Shown here: positions 7,705-17,326 of the stretch, in pieces
How positions within the stretch are numbered: position 1 is the first letter of the stretch
Layout: each line of letters begins with the position of its first letter
From: Patescibacteria group bacterium
Lineage (GTDB): Bacteria > Patescibacteriota > Patescibacteriia > Patescibacteriales > UBA12465
Assembly (NCBI GenBank): GCA_041651095.1
Contig: JBAZJV010000003.1
Coordinates: forward strand, 80,293 to 144,292
Reading direction: 5' to 3'
Length of the DNA stretch: 64,000 bases
Position numbers and translations under genes: made by a program
The notes under the pieces: model-generated
What the model was told of the DNA's origin: nothing
Seen by the model: the letters and a program-made list of their open reading frames with translations, nothing else
The model's database searches: none

Positions 7705-10203
7705 CTACCGACTGGCGCCGCTATAAGCGATAGCCCGGACAATATTCCAAGCCAAGGGGTTTATCGGGTCGTGACGATAAACCGCGCGGAAGGATTTGAT
7801 CGCCTGTTTTTCGCTATTGGTATTCCGGCTGGTCGGCCGCAGACCGTAAGCGATGATAGTGATGGCGTTAGCGTCATGCGCGTTCTGCATATTAGCCGCC
7901 CGATTATAGACTTTTAAGAATTCGGATTTAGCCTGGGTTTCCGCTTTGGCGCTGGTCTCGCCCGGCCAGCGGCCCAGGGCGATCTTAATGGCATCCGACC
8001 ATTCGGACGCGTTACTCGGCAATTTGGCAAAGGCTTGCCAATAAGAACTTAGGACACCCGCCCTTTCCCCGGCTCCTAGTTTCAGCGTGCCCGGCGTGCC
8101 GTAGGTGATAAAATAATTGAGGCCATTGACTTGCGCCGTAGTCATAGTCAGTCCCTTGATCAAAGGGGCGACATACTTGTTAAGATTGGCGTTTTCGGAA
8201 TTTTGATTGCGCGTCAAACCCAGACTGCTTAGTACGGCGGTAATATCCCCGCCACCCAAGTTTTGCGCTTCCCGGCTGATCTGCTGCAAAGTGCTGTCCG
8301 TCGTCCCTGAGCCGGAGCTGGTGTTGCTGCCGCTACTATTGTTGCTATTAGTGGTGCTCTGATTATTGACTGTAACCGCCAGCGAGGAACAATTATTGGT
8401 CGCGGCGCAGACGACGATCACCGTGGAACCGGCGTTCTTGCCGACCAAAATCAAACTGGCATTATTGATATTGGCTTGAGCGATAGTCGGGTTGGAATTG
8501 GAGGAAATAGAATAATTGCTGGTGGAGCCGCCGGAAATATTAACGACCCGGCTTTGCCCGACGCCGAGAGTGGGATTAGCCGGATCCAGAACCGGCGGCG
8601 TTGCGGTCGTATTGGTGCCGGCCACCGTGGCGTAAATGACGCCGCACTGTCCGCTGCTCTGGCAAACCGTGGCGTTAGCGCTGCCGGCGCTGAGCGCCGT
8701 CACCGTGACTTTATTGTTATTCAGGGCGAAGGAGGCGACATTCTGGTTATTGGTGCTGGAAATATAGTAACCGCCGGTACCAAAGAGACTGACATCGGTC
8801 GTGCCGCCGATATTCAGGGAGATATTGTTATTGCTGAAAGTCAGTTGGCTGTTGGTGCTGACGCCGTTAACCAGTACCGATAATTGGGTGCAAGCGCCGG
8901 CCGCCGAGCAGACGTTGACCGTGCCATTGCCGGCCCCGACGCCGGTGAGCGTCAGGATATTATTGTTCAGATTGGCCTGGAAGATATTGCTGCCGGTATT
9001 ATCGGCCAGACTATAAGGATAGGTGCCGCCGGAAACCGTGACGCTGACCGCCTGGCCGGCTTGGAGCCAAAGGTTATTTTGGCTGAGTGAAATCGGTCCG
9101 CTGGTCGCATAACTGACCGTCACCGTTACCGAACCGCAGTTGCCGTTAGAGGCACAAACCGTAACGACCGAAGAGCCGGTGCTGTTGCCGACCAGGCTCA
9201 GGCTGTTGCTGCCGCTGATGCTGGCCAGGACGACATTGGAACTGGAATTGGACGAAATGCTGTAATTGCTGCCGCCGGAAATCGGGATATTCAAAGACTG
9301 TCCGACAGTCAAGGACGGACTGGTCTGACTGAAGACCAAAGAGGAGGAAGTGACGCTGCCGGCCGAGGCGTTGATGATGCCGCAGGCGCTCATATTGGTC
9401 GTACAGACCGTAAGCGAAGTCCGGCCGCTGCTGTTATTCGCTTTAAGGGTAATAGTCGTATTATCCAGCGAAGCCGAGATGATACTGGGATTGGAATTAT
9501 TCAAAATCGTGTAATTCCCGGCCCCGCTCAGGATGGAAACGGTCGTGCTCTGTCCATAGGCGATAGTCAGGCTGGTCTGGCTGAAAGTGAGCGACTGCGC
9601 GCCGACGTTCTGGACGGTGACATAAGCGCTTGTACAATTAGAGGTCGTGCCTAAGGCGCAGACCGTCACTACGGTCTGGCCGTAGGTGTTAGCCGTCAAC
9701 GTTACCTGGTTATTACTGATACTGACATTAGCAATTTGCGGATTGGAGTTATTCAGCATGTAGAGCAGGTTGTTGCCGACGTTATTGACGTTTAAGGTAG
9801 TCGATTGTCCCTTGGTGATAACCAGGCCGGTTTGGTTGAAGCTAATAGCGCCCGTAGAGGTGTTCGAATTGTACGGCCAGGCGACGTAGGCGGAGGCAAC
9901 GCCGCCTACCGTTACGTGAATCGAACTTTCCGGCGCGATGCCGTAATTTGCGGTGCTTACCGTAATGCCCAGAGTCCCGCTGGTATTGGTCGTGCCCAGA
10001 AATTGTGAACGAGTGATGCCGTCGCTCTTCTGGTAATACATGATGACGCTCGCGCTGGCGTTGCCGGTTACGTCTATTTTTACGTCGTCGCCATCACCGC
10101 TAGTCAGCGACAAGGTCGGCGCGGCCGCTTGAGCGGCCAGCCCGAAAGATAAGGAAGCTGTCAGCGCCAGCAAGGCGATGCCAAGGAGGAAAAACTTTTT
10201 CAT
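7705..10203 (-). CDS. secreted cell-surface protein: signal peptide, six tandem Ig-like (Big_2-like) repeats, unknown C-terminal domain
   Basis: MKKFFLLGIALLALTASLSFGLAAQAAA signal peptide. Six ~82-aa repeats, an S/N/T-rich linker, and a 198-aa C-terminal domain with no recognisable family. Confidence 0.8.
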   Translation of the reverse strand: MKKFFLLGIALLALTASLSFGLAAQAAAPTLSLTSGDGDDVKIDVTGNASASVIMYYQKSDGITRSQFLGTTNTSGTLGITVSTANYGIAPESSIHVTVGGVASAYVAWPYNSNTSTGAISFNQTGLVITKGQSTTLNVNNVGNNLLYMLNNSNPQIANVSISNNQVTLTANTYGQTVVTVCALGTTSNCTSAYVTVQNVGAQSLTFSQTSLTIAYGQSTTVSILSGAGNYTILNNSNPSIISASLDNTTITLKANNSSGRTSLTVCTTNMSACGIINASAGSVTSSSLVFSQTSPSLTVGQSLNIPISGGSNYSISSNSSSNVVLASISGSNSLSLVGNSTGSSVVTVCASNGNCGSVTVTVSYATSGPISLSQNNLWLQAGQAVSVTVSGGTYPYSLADNTGSNIFQANLNNNILTLTGVGAGNGTVNVCSAAGACTQLSVLVNGVSTNSQLTFSNNNISLNIGGTTDVSLFGTGGYYISSTNNQNVASFALNNNKVTVTALSAGSANATVCQSSGQCGVIYATVAGTNTTATPPVLDPANPTLGVGQSRVVNISGGSTSNYSISSNSNPTIAQANINNASLILVGKNAGSTVIVVCAATNNCSSLAVTVNNQSTTNSNNSSGSNTSSGSGTTDSTLQQISREAQNLGGGDITAVLSSLGLTRNQNSENANLNKYVAPLIKGLTMTTAQVNGLNYFITYGTPGTLKLGAGERAGVLSSYWQAFAKLPSNASEWSDAIKIALGRWPGETSAKAETQAKSEFLKVYNRAANMQNAHDANAITIIAYGLRPTSRNTNSEKQAIKSFRAVYRHDPINPLAWNIVRAIAYSGASR
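8371..9849 (-). repeat. six tandem ~246-bp coding repeats (~82 aa each) inside the surface-protein gene
   Basis: Repeat pattern [SLTFSQTSL.I..GQS..V.I.G...Y.I..NSN..I....I.NN.ITL......G...VTVC....NC.....V.V]. Each unit carries a C-x(4-6)-C pair. Confidence 0.75.
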
Positions 10204-10259
10204 ATGGTTGAAATTATTTTAATTTTAGAGGAGGCTAAGACAAAAGATCAACTCTTTTC

Positions 10260-10268
10260 ATTATATCA
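10260..10268 (-). promoter_or_regulatory. extended -10 promoter element (TGATATAAT) upstream of the surface-protein gene
   Basis: The minus strand reads TGATATAAT about 55 nt upstream of the ATG at 10203. Confidence 0.4.
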
Positions 10269-10324
10269 GAAAAATTTAAAAAATTACACCGATTGGCATG
10301 ACCCTCAAAATCTATTATTTCAAA

Positions 10325-11578
10325 CTATTCACGGCTCAAAGCTTCTATCGGATCAAGCTGGGCGGCGCTCCTGGCCGGCAGAACGCCGAAAGCGATACCA
10401 ATGGCGGCGGAAACGCCGAAACCCAGGACGATAGCATACCAAGGTACGGTAAATGGCCAGGCCAGGCCGCTGACCTCGGCAATAATCGCCACTAGCCAGC
10501 CCAAGACGCTGCCCAATAAGATGCCGATAGCGCCGCCCAAAATAGTCACCAGGATGGATTCAATTAAAAATTCAGTTAAGATATCGCTATTTTTAGCCCC
10601 CAAGGCCTTTTTTAAACCGATTTCGGCGGTCCGTTCGGTCACGACCACGTACATGATGTTCATAATCCCGACCCCGCCGACGATTAGCGAAATAGCCGCT
10701 ATCGCGATGAGCAGGATCGTGATGCCGTTGAAGATGACATTGAAACTTTCCATGGCCTGGGCTTGCGTCATGACCATGAAATCGTCCTTGTCCGGGTCAG
10801 TGATGTTATGGTTGCGCCGCAGCAGGAGCTTGATATCTTCGGCGGTCGAATCCGCGATGTCCGGATTCTGAACCTGGATGATGCCGATCAATAGATAATC
10901 GATGCCCAATAATTTTTTCTGAGCGGTGACGAGCGGGACGTAGAGCATTTCGTCGCCGCTGCCACTTAACGCCCCCAGCGGATTATAGACGCCGATTACC
11001 TGGAAATTAAGGTCGCCGAGACGGATCAACTTCCCGATCGGGTCCTCGTTGCCGAACAGATCGTCCGCCAATTTGCTTTCCAGAATGACCACCTGGGCGG
11101 CACCGTTGTCTTCCTGGGCGCTCCAAAAACGGCCGGCTTTCAGAGTGCTCTTATCGATTTCGAAGCGCGCCGCCGAGGCGCCGTAAAATAAGACGCTTTT
11201 GCTGACATCGCGGTAGCTGGCCACTTTTTGGCCTACGACCATGCCGTAATCATTAACGACGTTGCCTAATTTCTTGATATCATCGAGATCGCGGTTCTTT
11301 AAAGTGGTAATCGCTACAGCCGAAGCGGCCCGGCTGGTATCGGCGCTGGTCACGCCGGCATTGCGGTTCTTCGTGGTCGGCGGCACCCGGGTTTCGACAA
11401 ATAAAGTATTGGCGCCGTAAGCCTGCAGCTGGTTGTCAATAAGACCGCGAAAACCGGCGCCGGCCGACAAGACCAGGATCACCGTCGCGATGCCGATCAT
11501 GATGCCTAAAGTCGTCAGTATGGTCCGGACCGGGTTGGCGGATAAGACCTTGATTGATTGTTGGAAAGCGCGATACAT
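10325..11578 (-). CDS. ABC transporter permease, MacB/FtsX family
   Basis: N-terminal TM helix, large extracytoplasmic domain, and a C-terminal FtsX-type 3-TM bundle (ERTAEIGLKKALGA). Confidence 0.85.
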   Translation of the reverse strand: MYRAFQQSIKVLSANPVRTILTTLGIMIGIATVILVLSAGAGFRGLIDNQLQAYGANTLFVETRVPPTTKNRNAGVTSADTSRAASAVAITTLKNRDLDDIKKLGNVVNDYGMVVGQKVASYRDVSKSVLFYGASAARFEIDKSTLKAGRFWSAQEDNGAAQVVILESKLADDLFGNEDPIGKLIRLGDLNFQVIGVYNPLGALSGSGDEMLYVPLVTAQKKLLGIDYLLIGIIQVQNPDIADSTAEDIKLLLRRNHNITDPDKDDFMVMTQAQAMESFNVIFNGITILLIAIAAISLIVGGVGIMNIMYVVVTERTAEIGLKKALGAKNSDILTEFLIESILVTILGGAIGILLGSVLGWLVAIIAEVSGLAWPFTVPWYAIVLGFGVSAAIGIAFGVLPARSAAQLDPIEALSRE

Positions 11579-11581
11579 AAT

Positions 11582-12850
11582 TTATTCGTAACGCAAAGCG
11601 TCTATCGGATCGAGTCGAGCGGCTTTAAAAGCGGGATAAAGACCAAAAATTATGCCGGTCAGCACGGAAACGCCGACGGCCAGGCAGATCGAGGAAAAAG
11701 AAATCACGAAAGCCCAATCATAACCTAAATATTGCATCAAGAGAGAGGTAAGATAAGCCGCGATAATCCCCAAAATGATGCCGGCGATGCCGCCCAGGCC
11801 GGTCAGGAGACCGGCTTCGATCAAAAATTGACGCCGGATCGTGCCGTTAGTCGCTCCGACCGCCTTGCGCAAGCCGATTTCCCTGGTTCGTTCGCCGACG
11901 GTGGCCAGCATGATATTCAGGATACCGATACCGCCGACAATCAGGGAAATCGCGGCCATCGCCGTTAAAAATAGCCGCAAGGCGTCGGTAATGGTCGAGA
12001 GCATGTCCACGGCTGTCGCCACGTTACGGATCGTATAGTCAACGTCGTCTTCAGTCTTGATACGGTGACGCTGGTCCAATACATTCTTAATATCGTTGAT
12101 AGTCAAATCGATATAGGCGTCGCCGGCTACCTTGATATTGATCGCTTGCAAATGACGGATGCCTAATAGTTGCTGTTGGCCGATGGTCAAAGGCAACAAG
12201 ATCTGATCATCTTGGTCTTGAAAGAAGGAGGTGCCGAGCGGGGCGGTGACGCCGATGACGCGCAAAGGTATGCCGCCCGCCTCCGTATTGGCAGCGTTTC
12301 TGACTTTAATGACCTGGCCGAGCGGATTGACACCGGTTCCGCCGAACAGCCCATCGGCGACAGTCGAGCCCAGGACCACGACGTTAGCGTTGCCCTGGTC
12401 TTGCTGGGCGTCAAAAAAATCGCCGGCTTGCATGGTCAGGCTGACCACTTGCGGATAATAAGAATCGGTGCCCACGAAATTCGTATCAATGGTCCGATTG
12501 CCCCAGGTCACCGTCGCCGTGCCGCGGACATTGGCATTGACTGCTTTCGCGTAAGGCAAAGAGCCGTCGCGCAGGGCGGCGGCATCGCCATTAGTGAGCG
12601 TGGTGATGACGATGCCGAACATTTGGGCGGGCGGGCCCTTTTCATTGCTCTTCCCTGGCTGGATGCTGAGCAAATCGGCACCCAGCTTGGTCACTTGGCC
12701 CAGGATTAGGCTCTGGGCGCCGGCGCCTAAGGCGATAATGACGATCACGCCGGCGACGCCGATGACGATGCCGAGGATAGTCAACAAAGAGCGGCCCTTC
12801 CGGGCGCGCAGGTTTTTGATGACTAATTTGATAGTGGAACTGAAATTCAC
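11582..12850 (-). CDS. ABC transporter permease, MacB/FtsX family (second paralog)
   Basis: Same architecture as its neighbour (ERTREIGLRKAVGA). 3-nt gap to the next gene. Confidence 0.85.
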   Translation of the reverse strand: MNFSSTIKLVIKNLRARKGRSLLTILGIVIGVAGVIVIIALGAGAQSLILGQVTKLGADLLSIQPGKSNEKGPPAQMFGIVITTLTNGDAAALRDGSLPYAKAVNANVRGTATVTWGNRTIDTNFVGTDSYYPQVVSLTMQAGDFFDAQQDQGNANVVVLGSTVADGLFGGTGVNPLGQVIKVRNAANTEAGGIPLRVIGVTAPLGTSFFQDQDDQILLPLTIGQQQLLGIRHLQAINIKVAGDAYIDLTINDIKNVLDQRHRIKTEDDVDYTIRNVATAVDMLSTITDALRLFLTAMAAISLIVGGIGILNIMLATVGERTREIGLRKAVGATNGTIRRQFLIEAGLLTGLGGIAGIILGIIAAYLTSLLMQYLGYDWAFVISFSSICLAVGVSVLTGIIFGLYPAFKAARLDPIDALRYE

Positions 12851-12873
12851 AAAGATTCTAGCGCTTAGTCGGG

Positions 12874-13590
12874 TTATTTAGTCAATTCCTTATCGGTTTG
12901 GGCGATCGTCCGGTGTTTGACCTTTTCATCTTCCACCAGGCGGCCATCCTTGATCCGGATGATCCGCTGGGCATGGTTGGCCGTATCGCTTTCGTGGGTG
13001 ACCAAAATAATGGTCCGCCCTTCTTCGTTCAGGCGCTGCAGGATATGCATGACCGTATTGCCGGATTTAGAGTCCAGGTTGCCGGTCGGCTCGTCGGCGA
13101 AGATGACGGCCGGATCGCAAACTAAGGCGCGGGCAATTGCGACGCGCTGCTTTTCGCCGCCGGAAATCTGGTTGGTATAATAAGAGAGCCGGTGCGATAA
13201 GCCGACGGCTGCCAGGGCTTGTTTAGCCAGTTGGTCGTGATTTTTCTTTTTGCTGTAAATCAGCGGCAATTTGACATTATCCAGGACCGTCGTGCGCGGC
13301 AGGAGGTTGAAAGACTGGAAGACGAAGCCGATCCGTTCATTCCGTAATTGAGCCAGATAGTCATCGTCGAAATCCTCGGTATCGCGGCCGTCGAACTTAT
13401 AACTGCCGTTCGTCGGCCGGTCCAGGAAGCTTAGGATATGCATGAGCGTTGATTTGCCGCTACCGGAGGGCCCCATGATGGCTACGAATTCGCCTTGTTT
13501 GATCTTAAAGCTAAGGTCGTGCAGCACCGGCGTCACTACCCCGTCGCTGCCGTAATTCTTGCTTAAGTTAATGACGTTGATCAGTTCCAT
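12874..13590 (-). CDS. ABC transporter ATP-binding protein (MacB/LolD-type)
   Basis: [10 protein letters not shown] Walker [16 protein letters not shown] signature, [11 protein letters not shown] Walker B. Confidence 0.9.
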   Translation of the reverse strand: MELINVINLSKNYGSDGVVTPVLHDLSFKIKQGEFVAIMGPSGSGKSTLMHILSFLDRPTNGSYKFDGRDTEDFDDDYLAQLRNERIGFVFQSFNLLPRTTVLDNVKLPLIYSKKKNHDQLAKQALAAVGLSHRLSYYTNQISGGEKQRVAIARALVCDPAVIFADEPTGNLDSKSGNTVMHILQRLNEEGRTIILVTHESDTANHAQRIIRIKDGRLVEDEKVKHRTIAQTDKELTK

Positions 13591-13593
13591 AAC

Positions 13594-15351
13594 TTAAGGC
13601 TTGATATAGGTGACGATTTCCTGTCCCGCTTCCAAGCCGGCCGTTATTTCCGTCAGGCCGCCGTCAGCCGACAAACCAGTCTCGACCGGTATTGTCCGGT
13701 AGCTCTTGGTTTGCGGATTATCTATCACTTTGACCGAACTTTGGCCATCCTGATTGATAATAGCGCTACTAGGTATGGCTAAAGCTTGTTTTTTCTCGGC
13801 CACCAAGACAGTCAGATTAGCCGTCATGCCCGGCTTGATTTCCGGCACAGGCGGGAAATCAGCTTTGACTAAGTAATCAACGACTCCGGAAATGACGGTA
13901 GAGGCCGGATTAATAGTCAGGATGGTGCCCGGGAAATGCCGATCCGGGCCAAGCGCGTCAAAAGTATAATCCACGGTCTGGCCGGATTTCAGATCGGCGA
14001 TGTTAGCTTCACTGACATAAGCTTCGACGTGCAGAGCGTTGATATCCTGCAGGACCATCACTTCTTGCAGGGCGTTAGCCTGCTCGCCGACTTTCGTATC
14101 TACTTGGGTTATCGTCCCGTCGGCCGGCGCCTTGAGAATCGTATTGTCGAAGGCCGCTTGAGCCGCGTCTACTTGGCCCTGAGCGGAGAGGATTTGGGCT
14201 TTCGCGGCACTGATATCGGCCGGCTGAGCCTTGGCTTGCATCTGAGCCAGGTTAGCCTTCGACTGCAGCCAGGCGGCGTGGGCGCTGTTGATCTGGTTCT
14301 GGGCGGAAGTAACCTGTTGCTTGGCCGAAAGATTCGCGTTGGTCAAGGCATTCTGCGCGGCGGTAAGAGCATCGGTCAAGGCTTGCTGAGCGCTCCGGAT
14401 GCTGGAGAGGCCGGCATTTTCGTTGCTTTGATAAGTATTGACGGAGGTTTTATAAGCATCAATTTGCGCCTGGGTGATCTTAGCGCTGGGAATTGAATTC
14501 AACAGGGCCGAAAAGCAGTTATTCAAGGCGCTGACATTCTTGTTTAGGACGTTTATGGCGTCACTTACCGCCTGGTTGATATTCGCATCGCTCTTATAAG
14601 CTTGCGCCGCTGCCAGACTAGTGTTCGCCTTGGCTAAGAGAGGCAGAGCCTGATCGTAATCATTACGGAAACTGATCAGGCTGCCGGCATTGGAAACGCT
14701 GAAAGTGTCCTTCAGATTATTGTCGCTTAAGATCTGATTTTCTTTATCCAAAGCGGATTGGGCCGCGGCTAATTGGTTGGCGATGGTGACGACGATAGCC
14801 GACCGCTTGTTATCGGATTGGGTGGTCGGAGATTGCAAGTCGTTCAAGGTGGATTGTGCCTGGTCTATAGCCGCAGAGGTGGATTGTTGTACCGTGGCCA
14901 ATTGACTGACGGAATTGTCATAGGCTACCTGAGCGGCGTTAACCGCTTTTTCGGCTACCTGGATTTGCTCCGGCGTGCTACCGGCCAGGACTTTCTGGTA
15001 ATTCGCCTGAGCTTGAGCCAGGGCGCCTCGGGCGCTGACAAGAGTCGCTTGGGCATTAGCCTGGTTAAGAATAGCTAAAATATCTCCGGCTTTGACTTTA
15101 TCGCCCGATTTGACATTAACTTTTTTGACCACGCCATTGGTCTGGAAACTTAAATTAAGGTTCAAGGCGCTTACCACTTGCCCGGTCGTGAGCACGGTCT
15201 GTCGGATATCTTGTCGGCTGACCTGAGCGGTTTGGATATTGCCGGTCTTATTTTTCCCTTTGCTGACCAAATACCAACCGCCGGCGCCGATCAACAGGAT
15301 GATGATAATCCAAATGATCTTCTTTCTGGTAAAAAATCCGCGGATACTCAT
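13594..15351 (-). CDS. HlyD/MacA-type periplasmic adaptor (membrane fusion protein) with a very long coiled-coil insert (585 aa)
   Basis: N-terminal TM anchor, lipoyl-like VKKVNVKSGDKVKAGDILAILN, about 300 aa of Q/A/N-rich heptad-like sequence, then beta-barrel/MP domains. Confidence 0.8.
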   Translation of the reverse strand: MSIRGFFTRKKIIWIIIILLIGAGGWYLVSKGKNKTGNIQTAQVSRQDIRQTVLTTGQVVSALNLNLSFQTNGVVKKVNVKSGDKVKAGDILAILNQANAQATLVSARGALAQAQANYQKVLAGSTPEQIQVAEKAVNAAQVAYDNSVSQLATVQQSTSAAIDQAQSTLNDLQSPTTQSDNKRSAIVVTIANQLAAAQSALDKENQILSDNNLKDTFSVSNAGSLISFRNDYDQALPLLAKANTSLAAAQAYKSDANINQAVSDAINVLNKNVSALNNCFSALLNSIPSAKITQAQIDAYKTSVNTYQSNENAGLSSIRSAQQALTDALTAAQNALTNANLSAKQQVTSAQNQINSAHAAWLQSKANLAQMQAKAQPADISAAKAQILSAQGQVDAAQAAFDNTILKAPADGTITQVDTKVGEQANALQEVMVLQDINALHVEAYVSEANIADLKSGQTVDYTFDALGPDRHFPGTILTINPASTVISGVVDYLVKADFPPVPEIKPGMTANLTVLVAEKKQALAIPSSAIINQDGQSSVKVIDNPQTKSYRTIPVETGLSADGGLTEITAGLEAGQEIVTYIKP

Positions 15352-15417
15352 AAATGATGGGGTTAAGGCTTATTATTTAAATTAAAAAATCTCAATTTAT
15401 CTTGATCTGATTAATCA

Positions 15418-15446
15418 ATTATAGCAAAATCACGATTTTTAGGCAA
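15418..15446 (-). promoter_or_regulatory. sigma70-type promoter for the efflux operon
   Basis: The minus strand reads TTGCCT-N17-TATAAT (with TGC immediately 5' of the -10), about 65 nt upstream of the ATG at 15351. Confidence 0.5.
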
Positions 15447-15455
15447 AGGTTTAAC

Positions 15456-15484
15456 AATAAAAAAGCCGCTTGTTTTAGCGGCTT
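15456..15484 (-). terminator. intrinsic terminator after guaB
   Basis: AAGCCGC / GCGGCTT stem followed by TTTTTTATT on the minus strand. Confidence 0.65.
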
Positions 15485-15519
15485 GGTTTTTGTTAAAAAA
15501 ATGAAAAAAAATGAAAAAA

Positions 15520-17055
15520 TTAGAGTTTTTCGCCCCGGTAATGATAATTAGGGGCGTCCTGGATATTAGTTAAGCCATGGGGATGGGATTCGGTTAGCCC
15601 AGAGTTCGTTATTAGATGAAAGTTTGCTTTTCTGTGCAGACTGCTTAGGTTTTTTGCTCCAACATAACCCATGCCGGCCCTTAAGCCGCCGATCATCATA
15701 CTAAGAACGATTTCGACGTTACCCTTATAGTCGACCTCTGACTCAATTCCTTCTGGCACCAATTTATCAGTAGTGGTTATTCCGCCTTGTCCGTAACGTT
15801 CTCTGGAAGCCTGATTATCTATCATGGCGCCCAAAGAACCCATACCACGGTAGATTTTGACGGTTCGGCCGCCGCGCCTGATTATTTCGCCGGGAGTTTC
15901 GGTGGTTCCAGCTAAAACGCTGCCAAGCATGACGTTGTCTGCTCCGGCGGCAATCGCAATGGCAATATCGCCGGAAAATTCAATGCCGCCATCGGCACAA
16001 ATAGGAACTCCCGATCCCCTGACCGCCTTAGAACAGTTATATATCGCCGTAACTTGGGGACAGCCGATGCCGGCGATTATCCTGGTCGTACATATTGACC
16101 CAGGTCCTTGGCCGACCTTAATGCCATCGACCCCGGCTTTTACCAGACGTTTGGCAGAATCGGGTTCGGATATGTTTCCAGCTACGACATCGATATGCGG
16201 ATAGTATTTTTTACAGAATTTTATAGTTTCTATCACCTTCTTAGAGTCACCATGGGCGGTATCGATAACTACCACATTAACCTTTTCTTGGCTTAGCAAT
16301 TCCATCCGTTCTTCTAGATCAGGTCCAACGCCGATGGCTGCGCCGACTATCAGGCTGCCAGAGCTATCGACATTATATTTTTCGGAACTCTTTAGGACTA
16401 TTCTTGTGACATCAGCCCAGGTATAAATGCCTTTCAGACTGCCGTCACGGTTAAAGATTGGTAAAATTTTCTTCTTATTTTCCAACATTTGTTTATAGGC
16501 CTGCTGAATAGTGGTTCCGGATTTACCGAAAATTATTTCTTTGGACATAATTTCCGATATTTTTTTATCCGGATTTGGGCAGAAATCAAAATCGTTATGC
16601 GTAACTAAGCCGATGATTTTGCCGGAACCGTCTCTAACCAGAAAACTATAAAATTTATAACCCTTTTCTTTACCCATTTTGATCACACCGCCCACCGTAT
16701 CATCTGGTTTTATGCAAATAGGGTCGCTAATAAAAGCAGATAAATGGTGTTTGACTTTGCCAATCATGCTAGCCTGCATTTTAGGAGACAAGGCTTTATG
16801 GATGATCCCCGAGCCGCCAGTCTTAGCCATAGCGATCGCCATTTTGTATTCGGTTACCGTATCCATTGGCGAACTGATAATCGGTATTTTAAGCATTACA
16901 TTAGTAGAAAACTTGGAACTTGTAACCATCCTCTGGTCGCTCGGGATAATGTCGGAATATCCGGTTGCCATCCGAACATCCTTATAGCTTAGAGCTAGCC
17001 CCGATTTGTCGATTTTTCTAAAAAAAGCATCGATCTTGCTAATCTGCTTGTTCAT
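15520..17055 (-). CDS. guaB: IMP dehydrogenase (with CBS pair)
   Basis: SSPMDTVTE, CBS pair region, catalytic loop GQGPGSICTTR, GGIEFSGDIAIA, MGSLGAM. Preceded by a strong SD (GGAGGA, 7 nt before the ATG). Confidence 0.9.
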   Translation of the reverse strand: MNKQISKIDAFFRKIDKSGLALSYKDVRMATGYSDIIPSDQRMVTSSKFSTNVMLKIPIISSPMDTVTEYKMAIAMAKTGGSGIIHKALSPKMQASMIGKVKHHLSAFISDPICIKPDDTVGGVIKMGKEKGYKFYSFLVRDGSGKIIGLVTHNDFDFCPNPDKKISEIMSKEIIFGKSGTTIQQAYKQMLENKKKILPIFNRDGSLKGIYTWADVTRIVLKSSEKYNVDSSGSLIVGAAIGVGPDLEERMELLSQEKVNVVVIDTAHGDSKKVIETIKFCKKYYPHIDVVAGNISEPDSAKRLVKAGVDGIKVGQGPGSICTTRIIAGIGCPQVTAIYNCSKAVRGSGVPICADGGIEFSGDIAIAIAAGADNVMLGSVLAGTTETPGEIIRRGGRTVKIYRGMGSLGAMIDNQASRERYGQGGITTTDKLVPEGIESEVDYKGNVEIVLSMMIGGLRAGMGYVGAKNLSSLHRKANFHLITNSGLTESHPHGLTNIQDAPNYHYRGEKL

Positions 17056-17267
17056 CGTTGTATCCTCCTCGGATTTATGGTTTATTGATTTTATTTCCTA
17101 ATTGTTAAAAAACTATATAGCTTAGTATGATAATTAATTTTTTAAATTTTGTAAATAGTAGTGTCAACGGCCCAAAAAAATGTTCGGAGTCAAGTTATCA
17201 ACACCCCCGGCAATCAAACCAGGGTCGTTTTTCAGTCTATGTCATAAAAATAGCTAATCCTAGCGGC

Positions 17268-17296
17268 TTGCCCCTTTATACTGTATATGGTATAAT
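17268..17296 (+). promoter_or_regulatory. candidate nrdAB promoter
   Basis: TTGCCC (17268-73), N17, TATAAT (17291-96). Confidence 0.45.
17278..17293. promoter_or_regulatory. NrdR-box-like site 1 (weaker)
   Basis: ATACTGTATATGGTAT matches about 11/16 of the acaCwAtATaTwGtgt consensus as I recall it. Overlaps the -10 and spacer. Confidence 0.3.
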
Positions 17297-17310
17297 AAAT
17301 AGTACTTTAT

Positions 17311-17326
17311 ACACTATATATAGAAA
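17311..17326. promoter_or_regulatory. NrdR-box-like site 2
   Basis: ACACTATATATAGAAA matches 13/16 of the recalled NrdR-box consensus. Centre lies about 33 bp from site 1. Confidence 0.4.
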
